Assembly (NCBI GenBank): GCA_028826165.1
Contig: JAPDFW010000057.1
Span: 434,001-498,000 of the forward strand
Length of the DNA stretch: 64,000 nucleotides
Source of the DNA: Anaeramoeba ignava BMAN
Taxonomy: Eukaryota > Protista > Anaeramoebae
Direction of reading: 5' to 3'
This document shows positions 1 through 15,264 of this stretch, piece by piece. Within the stretch, counting starts at the first letter, position 1. Each line of letters opens with the position of its first letter. The notes below the pieces were generated by a model. The model was not told where the DNA came from. It did no database searches and was given only the letters and a program-made list of their open reading frames with translations. The translations under genes and the position numbers were made by a program.

Positions 1-1410
1 TAATGCTTTTTCAATTGGTACTTTATCATCAATATCTTTTTGTGAGCGATTAATAACTGGAATATATCCTAATTTGAGCGGATAAACTTTCCCATTCAAA
101 ATTTCAATAACATCAGTTCCTTTGTTCATTATATCTATTTTGGTTAATACTCCTATTGTTCTATCTCCTGCTTTATCTACTTTGGATGACATTTTGATTG
201 CTTGATTTAGTGCAAAATCTTCGTTTGCTGGAATTACTGCTAAAATTATTGCATTTTCATTTGAAATATATTTTTTCACTAAATTTTCAATTTCTTCTAC
301 TATTTCTTCTGGTTGTCCTTTGATTGGAACTTGTATTAATCCTGGGAGATCAACTAATGTAAGTTCTGGAACATTTGGTAAATAGAACTTTTTTTTAAAT
401 TTTAATTTTAATTTTAATTTTAATTTTAATTTTAATTTTAATTTTAATTTTAATTTTAATTTTAATTTTGAATTTAAAAATGAATTTAATTTTGATTTTA
501 TAAATGAATTTAATATTAATTTTATAAATGAATTTAATTTTAATTTTGATATTAATTTTAATATTTAATTTTAATATTTAATTTTATAAATGAATTTTAT
601 AAATGAATTTTATTTTAATTTTGATTTTTAATTTTATAAATGAATTTAATTTTAATTTTATAAATGAATTTAATTTTAATTTTATAAATGAATTTAATAT
701 TTAATTTTAATATTTAATTTTAATATTAATTTTATAAATGAATTTAATTTTATTTTTAATTTTAATTTTAATTTTATAAATGAATTTAATTTTATAAATG
801 AATTTAATTTTAATTTTATAAATGAATTTAATATTAATTTTATAAATGAATTTAATTTTAATTTTAATTTTAATTTTAATTTTAATTTTATAAATGAATT
901 TAATTTTAATTTTATAAATGAATTTAATTTTGATTTTAATTTTGATTTTAATTTTAATTTTAATTTTGATTTTATAAATGAATTTTATTTTGATTTGAAA
1001 AAAAGAAAACAAACTGTTAAATCAATTGGTTCAGATGAAACGTGAAAAGGTTGAGTAAGAATATTTGTAAATCTTTCAATTTCCTTTTTAACATCATTAA
1101 AATTAGTAAAAGTTTTATCTAAATGAGAAAAAACAGCCCATTCAGTAACATTTTCATTAGGAAATTCTGGATTAGGAATAGCAACTCTTTGAATATGAAG
1201 AATTAAAGGACATCTAGTTACCATATTAATTCCTCTTGGAAGAAAATCTTTTTCAACAATATGTTCAAGTACAGATGATTTTCCTGAACTTTGTCCTCCT
1301 ACTACTACTATTTGTGGTAAATCTAATAATGTTGGATCTATTCTTAAAAAATCAAATTGTATTTTCCTTATAACTGAAATTAGACTTGAAAAATTTTTAT
1401 TATGTTCCAT
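1..1410 (-). CDS. Dynamin-related GTPase (5' part; runs off the left edge). Exons 1410-1015, 387-<1
   Basis: G1 'VVVGGQSSGKSSVLE' and G2 'VTRCPL' in exon 1. After GT-AG intron 1014-388 the frame continues 'FYLPNVPELTLVDLPG' (G3) and 'RTIGVLTKID' (G4). Confidence 0.95.
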
Positions 1411-1544
1411 TTCAAAAAAAAAATGAAGAGAAAAAAATGAAAAAAAATTAAATTTAAAAAAGGAAAAAAGGAAAAAAGGAAAAAAATTTGAATTTTTTTT
1501 TCCCAAGTTTCTTTTAATTTTTTTTAATTGAAATGATCAAAAAT

Positions 1545-1815
1545 TAAATCAAAATTAAATCAAATAATATTTTTCAATTCAATTCAAATATTCTTTTTCT
1601 ATTTAATTTAAATATTCTTTTTCAATTTAATTTAAATATTCTTTTTCAATTTAATCTAAATAATATTTTTCAATTCAATTCAAATATTCTTTTTCAATTT
1701 AATTTAAATATTCTTTTTCAATTTAATTTAAATATTCTTTTTCAATTTAATTCAAATATTCTTTTTTAATTTAATTTAAATATTCTTTTTCAAATCAAAT
1801 ATTCTTTTTTAAATA
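1545..1815. repeat. ~23-bp intergenic tandem repeat (AAATATTCTTTTTCAATTTAATTT-like)
   Basis: About 10 imperfect copies between the FG-GAP stop codon and the dynamin start. Confidence 0.85.
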
Positions 1816-1833
1816 TTCTTGTTAAATTTAAAT

Positions 1834-4317
1834 TCATTTCATATCTTTTTCTTCAACTAAATCATGGAATAAGAAATATCTTCTTTCATTTTTCTTTCTT
1901 CTAACAAAAATAATAACCAAAATAACAATCAAAATAACAACAACAGGAACAATAATTCCAACTGCAATTTTGATACTTTTTGAATTTTTGCTAGTTGAAC
2001 TTCCTTCACCAGTTTCAACTTGAGTTGATGAAACATAACCACATTGATTAATTGAATCACAAGCAGAAACATTGACTTGATATTCTTGATTTGAATAAAC
2101 AGCTTTAAAATCTTCGGAATTCAACATAGAAATCAAACTTTTGGAATCATCATTTGAAATTGATTTGTAATTGAAATCATAATAAGAAGGAGTTATCGAA
2201 TCATTTGGTGGATCCCAAGAACATAAAACATCGAGTCCTGAAGACATACAAAAAAGATTCAAAACTTGACTAAAAAGTGTGATAATAGTTAAGGAAATCA
2301 CTTCCCCTTTTTCTTCTCCCATACATTGATCTGTTTCACATCCGCATATTGATATTGTATAATTTGTCAATGCTTTTAATCCTGTTAATTCATATGATTT
2401 ACTATGATTTGAAACTGATACTTGGTTTGTTTCGTTGGATGATTCTTCTTGATAGTAGATAATGTAATGATCCAATTTTGGAACAGAATTAATAATAGGA
2501 ACATTTGGATAATTCCAAGTCATGAAAACTGCTGATGTTGATAAATACTCTAATTGATAATTTTTCACACTATCAATTTTTGTGGTTAAATTCCATTCAC
2601 CTGAATAATCTCCACATGCTTTTGTTGTTTTGTTGCAGGACCGGATTTTGATTGAGTATTCTTCGTTTCCCGTTATGTTCGGATACAAAGAAGAGTTAAA
2701 TTGCTGGTAATAAATATTTCCTTCCTCTAGAATTGGTGATTCGATTAATTCCCAATTTGAAATATTATTATCAAAATTGATTTGATATTCAATATCATTT
2801 AATGTTGTTTGGATCTCATCCCAATAGCATTCAAAAGATGAAAACAAAGAGCTGCAATTCAAAACATTAACATTTGGTGGTTTAGTAAATCCTTTATAAC
2901 AATATGCCTTGCCTTGATAGGAGTTTGCTCCATAAGCTGAGATGAAAAGAAAATTTGATGATATTGAAGCACTACTACCAAATTTATCATCAGCTTTTCC
3001 ATCATTTGCTATTAATGTTTCTTCTTGATTGCAATAAGTTTCGTTACAATTAAAAACATAAGATTTTCCTTGATATGAATCTGTGCCATATGCCCCAATA
3101 ACAATATAATTTTCTGCTATCGCAACACTACTACCAAAATTATCTTCTGAATTTCCATCACTTATTTTTAATATTTGGTTTTGATTCCAATAACTTCCAT
3201 TAAAATTGTAAATATATGCTTTTCCTTGAGCATAATTATTCCCAACTTGAGCATTTCTTGCTCCAATAACAATATAATTTTGTGAAATTGAAATACTAGT
3301 TCCAAAATTATCTTCTGGATTTCCATCACTTGCTATTAAAATTTGATGTTGATTCCAATAACTTCCATTAAAATTGTAAATATATGCTTTTCCTTGAGTA
3401 TAATTATTTCCAACTTGAGCATTTGGAGCTCCAATAACAATATAATTTTGTGAAATTGCAACATTTATTCCAAAACTGTCACCTGAATTACCATCACTTG
3501 CTGTCAATATTTGATTTTCATTCCAATAACTTTCCATTAAAATTGTAAATATATGCTTTTCCTTGCTCTGAATTATTTCCAACTTGAGCAAAAGGAGCTC
3601 CAATAATAATATAATTTTGTGAAATTGCAACATTATCTCCAAATTTATCATTTGAATTACCATCACTTGCTATCAATATTTGATTTTCATTCCAATAACT
3701 TCCGTTATAATTGTAAATATATGCTTTTCCTTGCTCTGAATTTTCTTCCAACTTGAGCAAAAGGAGCTCCAATAACAATATAATTTTGTAAAATTGAGAC
3801 ACTATCTCCAAAATTATCATCAGCTTTTCCATCACTTGCTATTAATGTTTGATTTTCATTCCAATAACTTCCGTTATAATTAAAAATATATGCTTTTCCT
3901 TGATTGTTGTTAATATCAATTCGTGCAAGAGAAGCACCAATAATGAGATTATTTGAATAAATTGAAGAACTGTAACCAAAATATTGATTTTTGGAAGGAT
4001 CATTTGGAGTTAATTCTTGAGTTTGAATCCAGTCAAAATTAGTTGAATTTTGATTTAAATTTAAATTTAGATTTAGATTTAAATTTAAATTTAGATTTTG
4101 ATTTTGATTTTGATTTTGATTTTGATTTTGATTTGATTTAGATTTTGATTTTGATTTTGATTTGATTTAAATTTTGATTTTGATTTTGATTTTGATTTAA
4201 ATTTAAATTTTGATTTTGATTTTGATTTTGATTTATATTTAGATTTTGATTTAAAACAAAAAAAAGAATGAAAAGAAATTGAAAAAAGAAAATTAAATTG
4301 TTTTGTTGAAAATTCAT
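1834..4317 (-). CDS. Type-I membrane protein: signal peptide, FG-GAP (integrin-alpha-like) beta-propeller, FN3 repeats, TM helix, short tail; interrupted by apparent 1-bp indels
   Basis: ATG at 4317 starts a hydrophobic leader. Repeats of 'LxASDGxxxDxFGxxVAISxNYIVIGA...GKAYIY' are recovered across frames (shifts at about 4160, 4133, 3745, 3531). FN3-like W/Y motifs ('MTWNYP...YIIYY...LTGLKALTNYTISI'); TM 'IAVGIIVPVVVILIVILVIIFV' followed by RRKK. Confidence 0.85.
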
Positions 4318-4462
4318 TATTAGAAAATAATGAAAAGAAATTGAAAAAAGAAAATTAAATTGTTTTGTTGAAAATTCATTATTAGAAAAAAATGAAAAAA
4401 AATGAAAAAAAAAATTTTCATTTTTTCTTTTTTTTTTTTTAAAATTTTCTTTTAATGCAAAA

Positions 4463-7400
4463 ATGTTGATGCATAATAGAATAAACTTCAGGGAAAAACC
4501 AGCAAACAAAACACCTACGGAATTAATGAAAGAAATGCGACAGGAAAGCCTAATTGAACTGATTGAAAATCCAGAAAAAACAAGTAACGAATTTCAGAAA
4601 TCACTACAAAATGAACGACTTCAGATCAACGAAAATCTAAACGAGACCATCTTCACATTTGGGGCGCATCAGCGGAGTTATGACCTACCAAAAGTACTGA
4701 ACATAATCACGCAAAACATAGAGAGTGGCGGGATTGAAAGGAAGCAAATGGAACGGGAAAAAGAAGAAAAGAAACATGATGAAAATAACGAGATTGAGAA
4801 GACACAAGGCAAGAAGAAGACGAAGAAACGGACGGAGAAGAAAAAGGAGCAGAAGATTGACAAGAAGAAAAAGAAGTTTGTTGCGAGTAAAAAGGTAGTG
4901 GAACTGACGCGAAAATTCCGACAGCAGCAGTTCGACCCCGTTCATACAACAAGGGAGTATTGCCGACAGAACAATGAAACGAAGATTGAGAAGACGTTGA
5001 ATATATTGGCAGAAAAGCGAGAGCAGGCGTCACAAAGACTACGTGAAAAAGTTCTCGAAAATTATCAAAGTTTTATTCAAACGTCAAACGTCATTTCTCA
5101 AATGGAAAATGACTTGCAAATTATGCATAAATTATTGGAAGAAAATGTTTCAAATGTCAAAGAAATGGAAATTTTTACTACTTACGAACATACGTTCAAT
5201 AACTTGGAATTAATACCTCTTTTTGCAGAAAAAAAAAACGAGCTTCTTCAACGCGAAATATCTGCAAAGCTCGTTTGGATTTTTAATTCACCACAAAGAC
5301 TTAAATTATCGATCAAACAACGCAACTTCCAAAATTGTGTTGATTTAATTGAAAAAGTTCTTGATGTTTTGAACAAAAATTCCAATTTGCAGAGGATCCA
5401 ACTTGTGAAAACACACAAGGATCATGTGCAACCTGATGAACTTTCAAAGCCCAAATTTTTTGTCGAAATTTTTAAACGGAAAATCGAAAAAAAACGGGAG
5501 AAATTGTGTAAAGTTTTATACGCCACTTTGAACAGTCCTGCAATTAACAAACAAGAAAGTCGCGAGTGCTTGAGTCTTCTTGTACGGCTCGGAAAGTCTG
5601 AGGAGGCTCAGAACTTCTTTCTTGAAAGCCGTCGCGAATTAATAACCAAAAAAATAAAGGAAATTCAATTTGAAGGCGATCTTTTAATTTATGTTTCCGA
5701 ATTAAGCAAGCGTGTTTTTGTTGCCTTGCGACAGACTTGTGAGGACTTTCGTTCCTCTTTTGTTTTCAAGCCCACGTTTTCAAGTCTTATTATTTGGCTC
5801 ACCCAAGAAATTGAGCGACTCATTTCCATTTTATATCGTCAACTTCATCATACTAATAATTTTCAAATCATAATTGAATGTGTTGGAATTGTTAATCGTT
5901 ATCATCATCTTACTCTACAGAATATTGGAATTGATATTTCTTTTCTTTTTCCTCAGTATTTTTTCCCTTTGATTGCAACTTCTTTATCTGGTTATGTTGA
6001 TAGAATTAAAAATACCTTCTCAAAATTAGTTGCTGAAGAGCAATGGGTTTCTAAGGAGTTGATTTTGCAGAGAAAGGAAGCTAATGTTCTTCAGCAAACA
6101 AATGAGAAGAGGAATACTTCTGGTAATTTATATATATAAAATTTAAATCAAATTTAAATCAAATTTAAATCAAATTTAAATCAATTTTAAATCAAATATA
6201 AATCAAATATAAATCAATTTTAAATCAAATATAAATCAAATTTAAATCAAATATAAATCAAATTTAAATCAAATTTAAATCAAATTTAAATCAAATATAA
6301 ATCAAATTTAAATCAATTTTAATATCAAATTTAAATCAAATTTAAATCAATTTTAAATCAATTATAAATCAAATTTAAATCAAATATAAATCAAATATAA
6401 ATCAAATATTAAATCAAATTTAAATCAATTTTAAATAAAATTTAAATCAAATTTAAATCAAATTTAAATCAAATTTAAATCAAATTTAAATCAAATTTAA
6501 ATCAAATTTAAATCAAATTTAAATCAAATTTAAATCAATTTAAATCAAATATAAATCAAATATAAATCAAATTTTAAATCAAATTTAAATCAAATATAAA
6601 TCAAATATAAATCAATTTTAAATAAAATTTAAAAAAATAAGAAATACCATCAAATACACCAACTTCAGTAATCATAAAACTTAGCCACAGCGCAAGAGAA
6701 TTTTACACATATATCAACAACTTTGTTGCAGATGTTAGTGAAATAGTCAGCATAGAACTCTATTCACATGTGATTAATTCAGTTGTTGAATTATTCAACT
6801 TTTACATTTCACTTTTAAACAAAAAAATGTTCCAATACATTAGCTCAGACATTCGAGACGCAATCACAATCATCTCGAATTCCTTGAACATTTTTAGCGA
6901 TCTTTTGCCTCGAGTAATCGATCGTTTTGAGCATTTACTCAAAAGACCAGCAAATCAACTGAATGCTCTTATTCATCAACTTTCACAAAAACATTATCAA
7001 ATGATTGAATCCTTTTCACAGCATTTCGCAAGAGTTCTTGTTTCTTCGGATTCATTCAGAGAATTAATGGCAACTAATTATTATGCAAAAACTGTTGATT
7101 TGGAATCAGCAGTTCCATCAAAAACAATAACAGATGCAATGATTGCAATTTTTTCACTTCCAACAAAATTCGAAAGATCAAATTTATCCATTGAAATGAT
7201 TGACGAAATCGTTTCTCTTTGTATTTATGAAATTACAGAAATTTATGCCAATGAAGCTAAAGACTGGGAAAAATTTAAGCATATTGTATTCTATGAAGGT
7301 GGATTGCAGCAAATTGTTCTTGATATGCAATTCATCCGCAGATGTTCAAGATTTCTTGATAATAAAAAAATTCTTGAAAATATCACTCAAGTTACTAAAT

Positions 7401-7570
7401 CTGCTATTATTTCTTATTGCAAAATGAACAAGACTGATCCTCAGTCTGTTCTTCAACCCGAAATTTGGTTCTCTTCTCGTCTTGATGCTTTTGTTTCAAA
7501 TAATCAATTTTTATCACGTTCTCGTTATCTTGAAAATCCAAGAAATCGCAAAAAGAAAAAGAATAAATAA
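4463..7570 (+). CDS. EXO84: Exocyst subunit Exo84/EXOC8. Exons 4463-6122, 6642-7570
   Basis: Vps51/Exo84-type N-terminal motif 'FDP...LREKVLENYQSFIQTSNVISQME'; Exo84_C motifs 'LLVRLGKSEEAQNFFLESR' and 'FEGDLLIYVSELS'. GT-AG intron 6123-6641 joins the two ORFs in frame. Confidence 0.85.
6138..6630 (+). repeat. Intronic 11-bp satellite (AAATTTAAATC)n
   Basis: Fills the Exo84 intron. Confidence 0.93.
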
Positions 7571-7687
7571 AATGCAAAAAACACAAAAAAGTTATTATTA
7601 TTATTATTATTAAATTATTTTAATTTCCAAAAAAAGCAAAAAAAGTTCCAAAAAAAAAAATAAAAAATAAAAAAGTTCCGAAATTGT

Positions 7688-10994
<3,307 letters not shown>

Positions 10995-11135
10995 TTTTAT
11001 TTTAAAAGTTAAATCAAAAAAGGAAAAGTAAAAGGAAAAAAAAAGAAAAAATGAAAAATAATTTTGAGTTTTTTTTTTCAAATCCAAAAAAAAAATTTCC
11101 CTTTTTCTTCTTTTATTTTTATTGGTTTTTTTCTT

Positions 11136-13259
11136 TTAAAAAGTTTTTTGAATATATTTTGGTTGAGAATAAAATCTAAGAATGAATATAAAAAACGTTA
11201 TCAATATAAAAAATATTCCTTTAAATACAAATTTTCTTAATTTTCTTTTTGTATTATTTTCAACTTGATTTGAATTAAAAATTATTGGTTTATTTTCTAA
11301 ATTTAAATTAGAATTAATTTCATTAATCTTTTTTTTTTCTTGATTTTGATTTTCTTTAATATTTTTTGGAATATTTTCTGGAATATTTCTTAATTGATTT
11401 TGATTTTGATTTTGATTTTGATTTTGATTTTGATTTTCTTTAATATTTTTTGGAATATTTTTTAATTGATTTTGATTTTGATTTTGATTTTGATTTTGAT
11501 TTTGATTTTGATTTTGATTTTGATTTTGATTTTGATTTTGATTTTGATTTTGATTTTGATTTTGATTTTGATTTTGATTTTGATTTTGATTTTCTTTAAT
11601 ATTTTTTGGAATATTTTTTGGAATATTTTTTTCTTGATTTTGATTTTCTTTAATATTTTTTGGAATATTTTTTGGAATGTTTTTTGGAATATTTTTTGGA
11701 ATATTTTTTAATTGATTTTGATTTTGATTTTGATTTTGATTTTCTTTAATATTTTTTGGAATATTTTTTAATTGATTTTGATTTTGATTTTGATTTTGAT
11801 TTTCTTTAATATTTTTTGGAATATTTTTTGGAATGTTTTTTGGAATATTTCTTGGAATATTTTTTAATTGATTTTGATTTTGATTTTCTTTAATATTTTT
11901 TGGAATATTTCTTGGAATATTTCTTGGAATATTTTTTGGAATATTTTTTAATTGATTTTGATTTTGATTTTCATTTTGATTTTGATTTTGATTTTGATTT
12001 TGATTTTTAATTTGATTTTCATTTTCATTTTGATTTTCTTGATTTAAAGCAATTTCTTTCAACAAAGATTGGGAATTAATTAAATTATCATTCGCATAAA
12101 AATTAGAATAAATAGAAGAATAATTTTGAAAATCTTGTTGTTGATTTTTTGATTGAAATTGAGAAATTTGTAATTGATTTTTTGATGATTTAAGAAGATA
12201 TAAATCGCGAACCATTTTTTTGTTTTTTTGCAAAATTTCTAATAATTTATTTTGATTTGGAAGCACTTGTTTCATCTCTTCTATTGTTTCTGATCTCTTT
12301 CTAAATTTTTCTATAAGTGCTGTATTTTCTGTTTGAAGTTCAGAAACAGCAAGAGTAAGATCTCCGTAATTTGATTTGTATCTTTCCAAATCACTTTTTA
12401 ATTTGTTTAACAAAAGAAATTTTTCTTTTCTTTCTTCCAAAGAATTTTCAAGTTGTTCAATGTTTTCAAGTTTTTGTTGAAGATTTTTTTGAACTGAATT
12501 CAATTGGAAAGTTTGAGCAATTTTATCCTTTTTTAATTCCGTAATTTTATTCAAAACAGAATTATGGCTTTGAGACATTTCTTGTATTTTTCTTTCTCTT
12601 TTTTTAATCCACTGTTGTATTTTCAAAGATTCTTCTTTCGCATTTTTTAAAGAATAAAAATCATTTTCGAATTTTTTAACAATTAATTGAGTATCACAAT
12701 TCTGAATTAAAATGAAAAAATCTTGCATATTTATTTTCTCGCAACACATTTTTGGTATTTCAGATTGATGATATTCAATTTCATTTTGAAATGCAGTTTT
12801 TTTCTTTTGGAGATCTCTTATACGATTGTATGCAAGAACAAACATCTTTACATATTCATTTGCTAGATATCTTAAGTTTGTCATAAATTTACTATCTTTT
12901 TTTTCAAGTATTCTTTTATTTTCCTTGTTTTTTTCTGATAAATAAATCATGCAAATTATGAGTATTCTAATGATTTGTTTTATTGATTTAATTGTTGGTT
13001 CTTTTTCTGTCACATAAAAATATAGATTTGGATTAACAAATCTTTTTCTTATGTTATTTAAAGATATTTTCAATTTTTGAAATTGTTCTGTTTTGTTTCC
13101 TTCTGATATTTTTAAAAGTAAATTATTTCCACAATTCGTTATTTTTCCAAAAATTTCAATCAAAATTTTAAAATCTAAAAGTTCCTCAAATTTTTTTATT
13201 TTTTCTGTTTGGAATAAATTCACAAATTCAAGTAAAATTTCGTCTTCTGAAAGATCCAT
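11136..13259 (-). CDS. Coiled-coil protein with NQ/NIPK repeats and a C-terminal transmembrane anchor (golgin-like topology); function unknown
   Basis: 707-aa open frame with a long heptad-rich region, a single hydrophobic segment 'FVFKGIFFILITFFIFILRFY' about 10 aa from the C-terminus and no signal peptide. Confidence 0.75.
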   Translation of the reverse strand: MDLSEDEILLEFVNLFQTEKIKKFEELLDFKILIEIFGKITNCGNNLLLKISEGNKTEQFQKLKISLNNIRKRFVNPNLYFYVTEKEPTIKSIKQIIRILIICMIYLSEKNKENKRILEKKDSKFMTNLRYLANEYVKMFVLAYNRIRDLQKKKTAFQNEIEYHQSEIPKMCCEKINMQDFFILIQNCDTQLIVKKFENDFYSLKNAKEESLKIQQWIKKRERKIQEMSQSHNSVLNKITELKKDKIAQTFQLNSVQKNLQQKLENIEQLENSLEERKEKFLLLNKLKSDLERYKSNYGDLTLAVSELQTENTALIEKFRKRSETIEEMKQVLPNQNKLLEILQKNKKMVRDLYLLKSSKNQLQISQFQSKNQQQDFQNYSSIYSNFYANDNLINSQSLLKEIALNQENQNENENQIKNQNQNQNQNQNENQNQNQLKNIPKNIPRNIPRNIPKNIKENQNQNQLKNIPRNIPKNIPKNIPKNIKENQNQNQNQNQLKNIPKNIKENQNQNQNQNQLKNIPKNIPKNIPKNIPKNIKENQNQEKNIPKNIPKNIKENQNQNQNQNQNQNQNQNQNQNQNQNQNQNQNQNQNQNQNQNQLKNIPKNIKENQNQNQNQNQNQNQLRNIPENIPKNIKENQNQEKKKINEINSNLNLENKPIIFNSNQVENNTKRKLRKFVFKGIFFILITFFIFILRFYSQPKYIQKTF

Positions 13260-13356
13260 TTAATTTTATAAAAAAAATTGAAAGAAAAAAAATGGAAAAT
13301 GATTTGACTTTGAAATTTGTTTTTTAAATTTTTTTTTTCAAATGACTTTTACTTGT

Positions 13357-14884
13357 GATTTTAAATAACTTTCTTAATTAAATATTAAATTAAACTTATT
13401 AATATTTTGAATAAAAAATATATTTAATTTTTATTCCATTTTTTTTAATTAAATAAATTAATTTTAATTAAATTTTAAGTTTATAAATTATTTATATTTT
13501 TGATTTTAAATAACTTTCTTAATTAAATATTAAATTAAACTTATTAATATTTTGAATAAAAAATATATTTAATTTTTATTCCATTTTTTTTAATTAAATA
13601 AATTAAGTTTAATTAAATTTTAAGTTTATAAATTATTTATATTTTTGATTTTAAATAACTTTCTTAATTAAATATTAAATTAAAGTTATTAATATTTTGA
13701 ATAAAAATATATTTAATTTTTATTCTATTTTTTTAATTAAATAAATTAAGTTTAAATAAATTTTAAGTTTATAAATTATTTATATTTTTGATTTTAAATA
13801 ATTTTCTTAATTAAATATTAAATTAAACTTATTATTATTTTAAATAAAAAATATATTTAATTTTTATTCTATTTTTTTTAATTAAATAAATTAAGTTTAA
13901 ATAAATTTTAAGTTCATAAATTATTTATATTTTTGTTTTTAAATAACTTTCCTAATTAAATATTAAATTAAAGTTATTAATATTTTGAATAAAAATATAT
14001 TTAATTTTTATTCCATTTTTTAATTAAATAAATTAAGTTTAAATAAATTTTAAGTTCATAAATTATTTATATTTTTGATTTTAAATAACTTTCTTAATTA
14101 AATATTAAATTAAAGTTATTAATATTTTAAATAAAAAATATATTTAATTTTTATTCCATTTTTTTAATTAAATAAATTAAGTTTAAATAAATTTTAAGTT
14201 CATAAATTATTTATATTTTTGTTTTTAAATAACTTTCCTAATTAAATATTAAATTAAAGTTATTAATATTTTGAATAAAAAATATATTTAATTTTTATTC
14301 CATTTTTTTAATTAAATAAATTAAGTTTAAATAAATTTTAAGTTCATAAATTATTTATATTTTTGATTTTAAATAACTTTCTTAATTAAATATTAAATTA
14401 AAGTTATTATTATTTTAAATAAAAAATATATTTAATTTTTATTCTATTTTTTTAATTAAATAAATTAAGTTTAAATAAATTTTAAGTTCATAAATTATTT
14501 ATATTTTTGTTTTTAAATAACTTTCCTAATTAAATATTAAATTAAAGTTATTAATATTTTGAATAAAAATATATTTAATTTTTATTCCATTTTTTTAATT
14601 AAATAAATTAAGTTTAATTAAATTTTAAGTTTATAAATTATTTATATTTTTATTTTAAATAACTTTCCTAATTAAATATTAAATTAAAGTTATTAATATT
14701 TTAAATAAAAAATATATTTAATTTTTATTCCATTTTTTTAATTAAATAAATTAAGTTTAATTAAATTTTAAGTTCATAAATTATTTATATTTTTGTTTTT
14801 AAATAACTTTCTTAATTAAATATTAAATTAAAGTTATTAATATTTTAAATAAAAAATATATTTAATTTTTATTCCATTTTTTTT
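13357..14884. repeat. Tandem satellite, ~144-bp unit, ~10.6 copies
   Basis: Unit start 'g(a/t)ttttaaataactt' recurs at 13357, 13502, 13647, 13790, 13935, 14077, 14221, 14365, 14509, ~14651 and 14795 (spacing 142-145). Confidence 0.97.
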
Positions 14885-15264
14885 GTTTTTTTTTTGTTTT
14901 TAATTAAAAAAGGGGGAAAAGATCTTATTTATAAAATTTATTTTTGTTTTTTTTTTTGTTTTTAATTAAAAAAAAAAAAGAAAGTGAATCAGAATTTCCT
15001 TTTGATTTAAATTTAAAATTGATAAGATCAATTTAATTCTTAACTTAAAAATAAAAAATTATTAAACAAAAAACCCAAAAAAATTAATAAAAAAAATTTT
15101 TTTTTTATTTTTATTTTTCTTTTTATTTTTTTTTTTTATTTTTTTTCCTTTATTAAAAAAAATATCACTAAAAAATTTTAAAACAAAATTAAACATAATA
15201 ACAAATAATAACTTAAAAATTAAATTAAAATTCTTTTTTTATAAAATTTTTCAGAAAGAATTCA

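Noticed and set aside
707-1012. KIKIKI ORF and the many similar ILIL, FDFD and MKMK ORFs in the track
   Set aside because: They are translations of intronic repeats, or shadow frames and antisense of NQ/NE coding tracts.
13357-14884. CRISPR-like array
   Set aside because: Units are contiguous with no unique spacers, there are no cas genes, and the context is eukaryotic.
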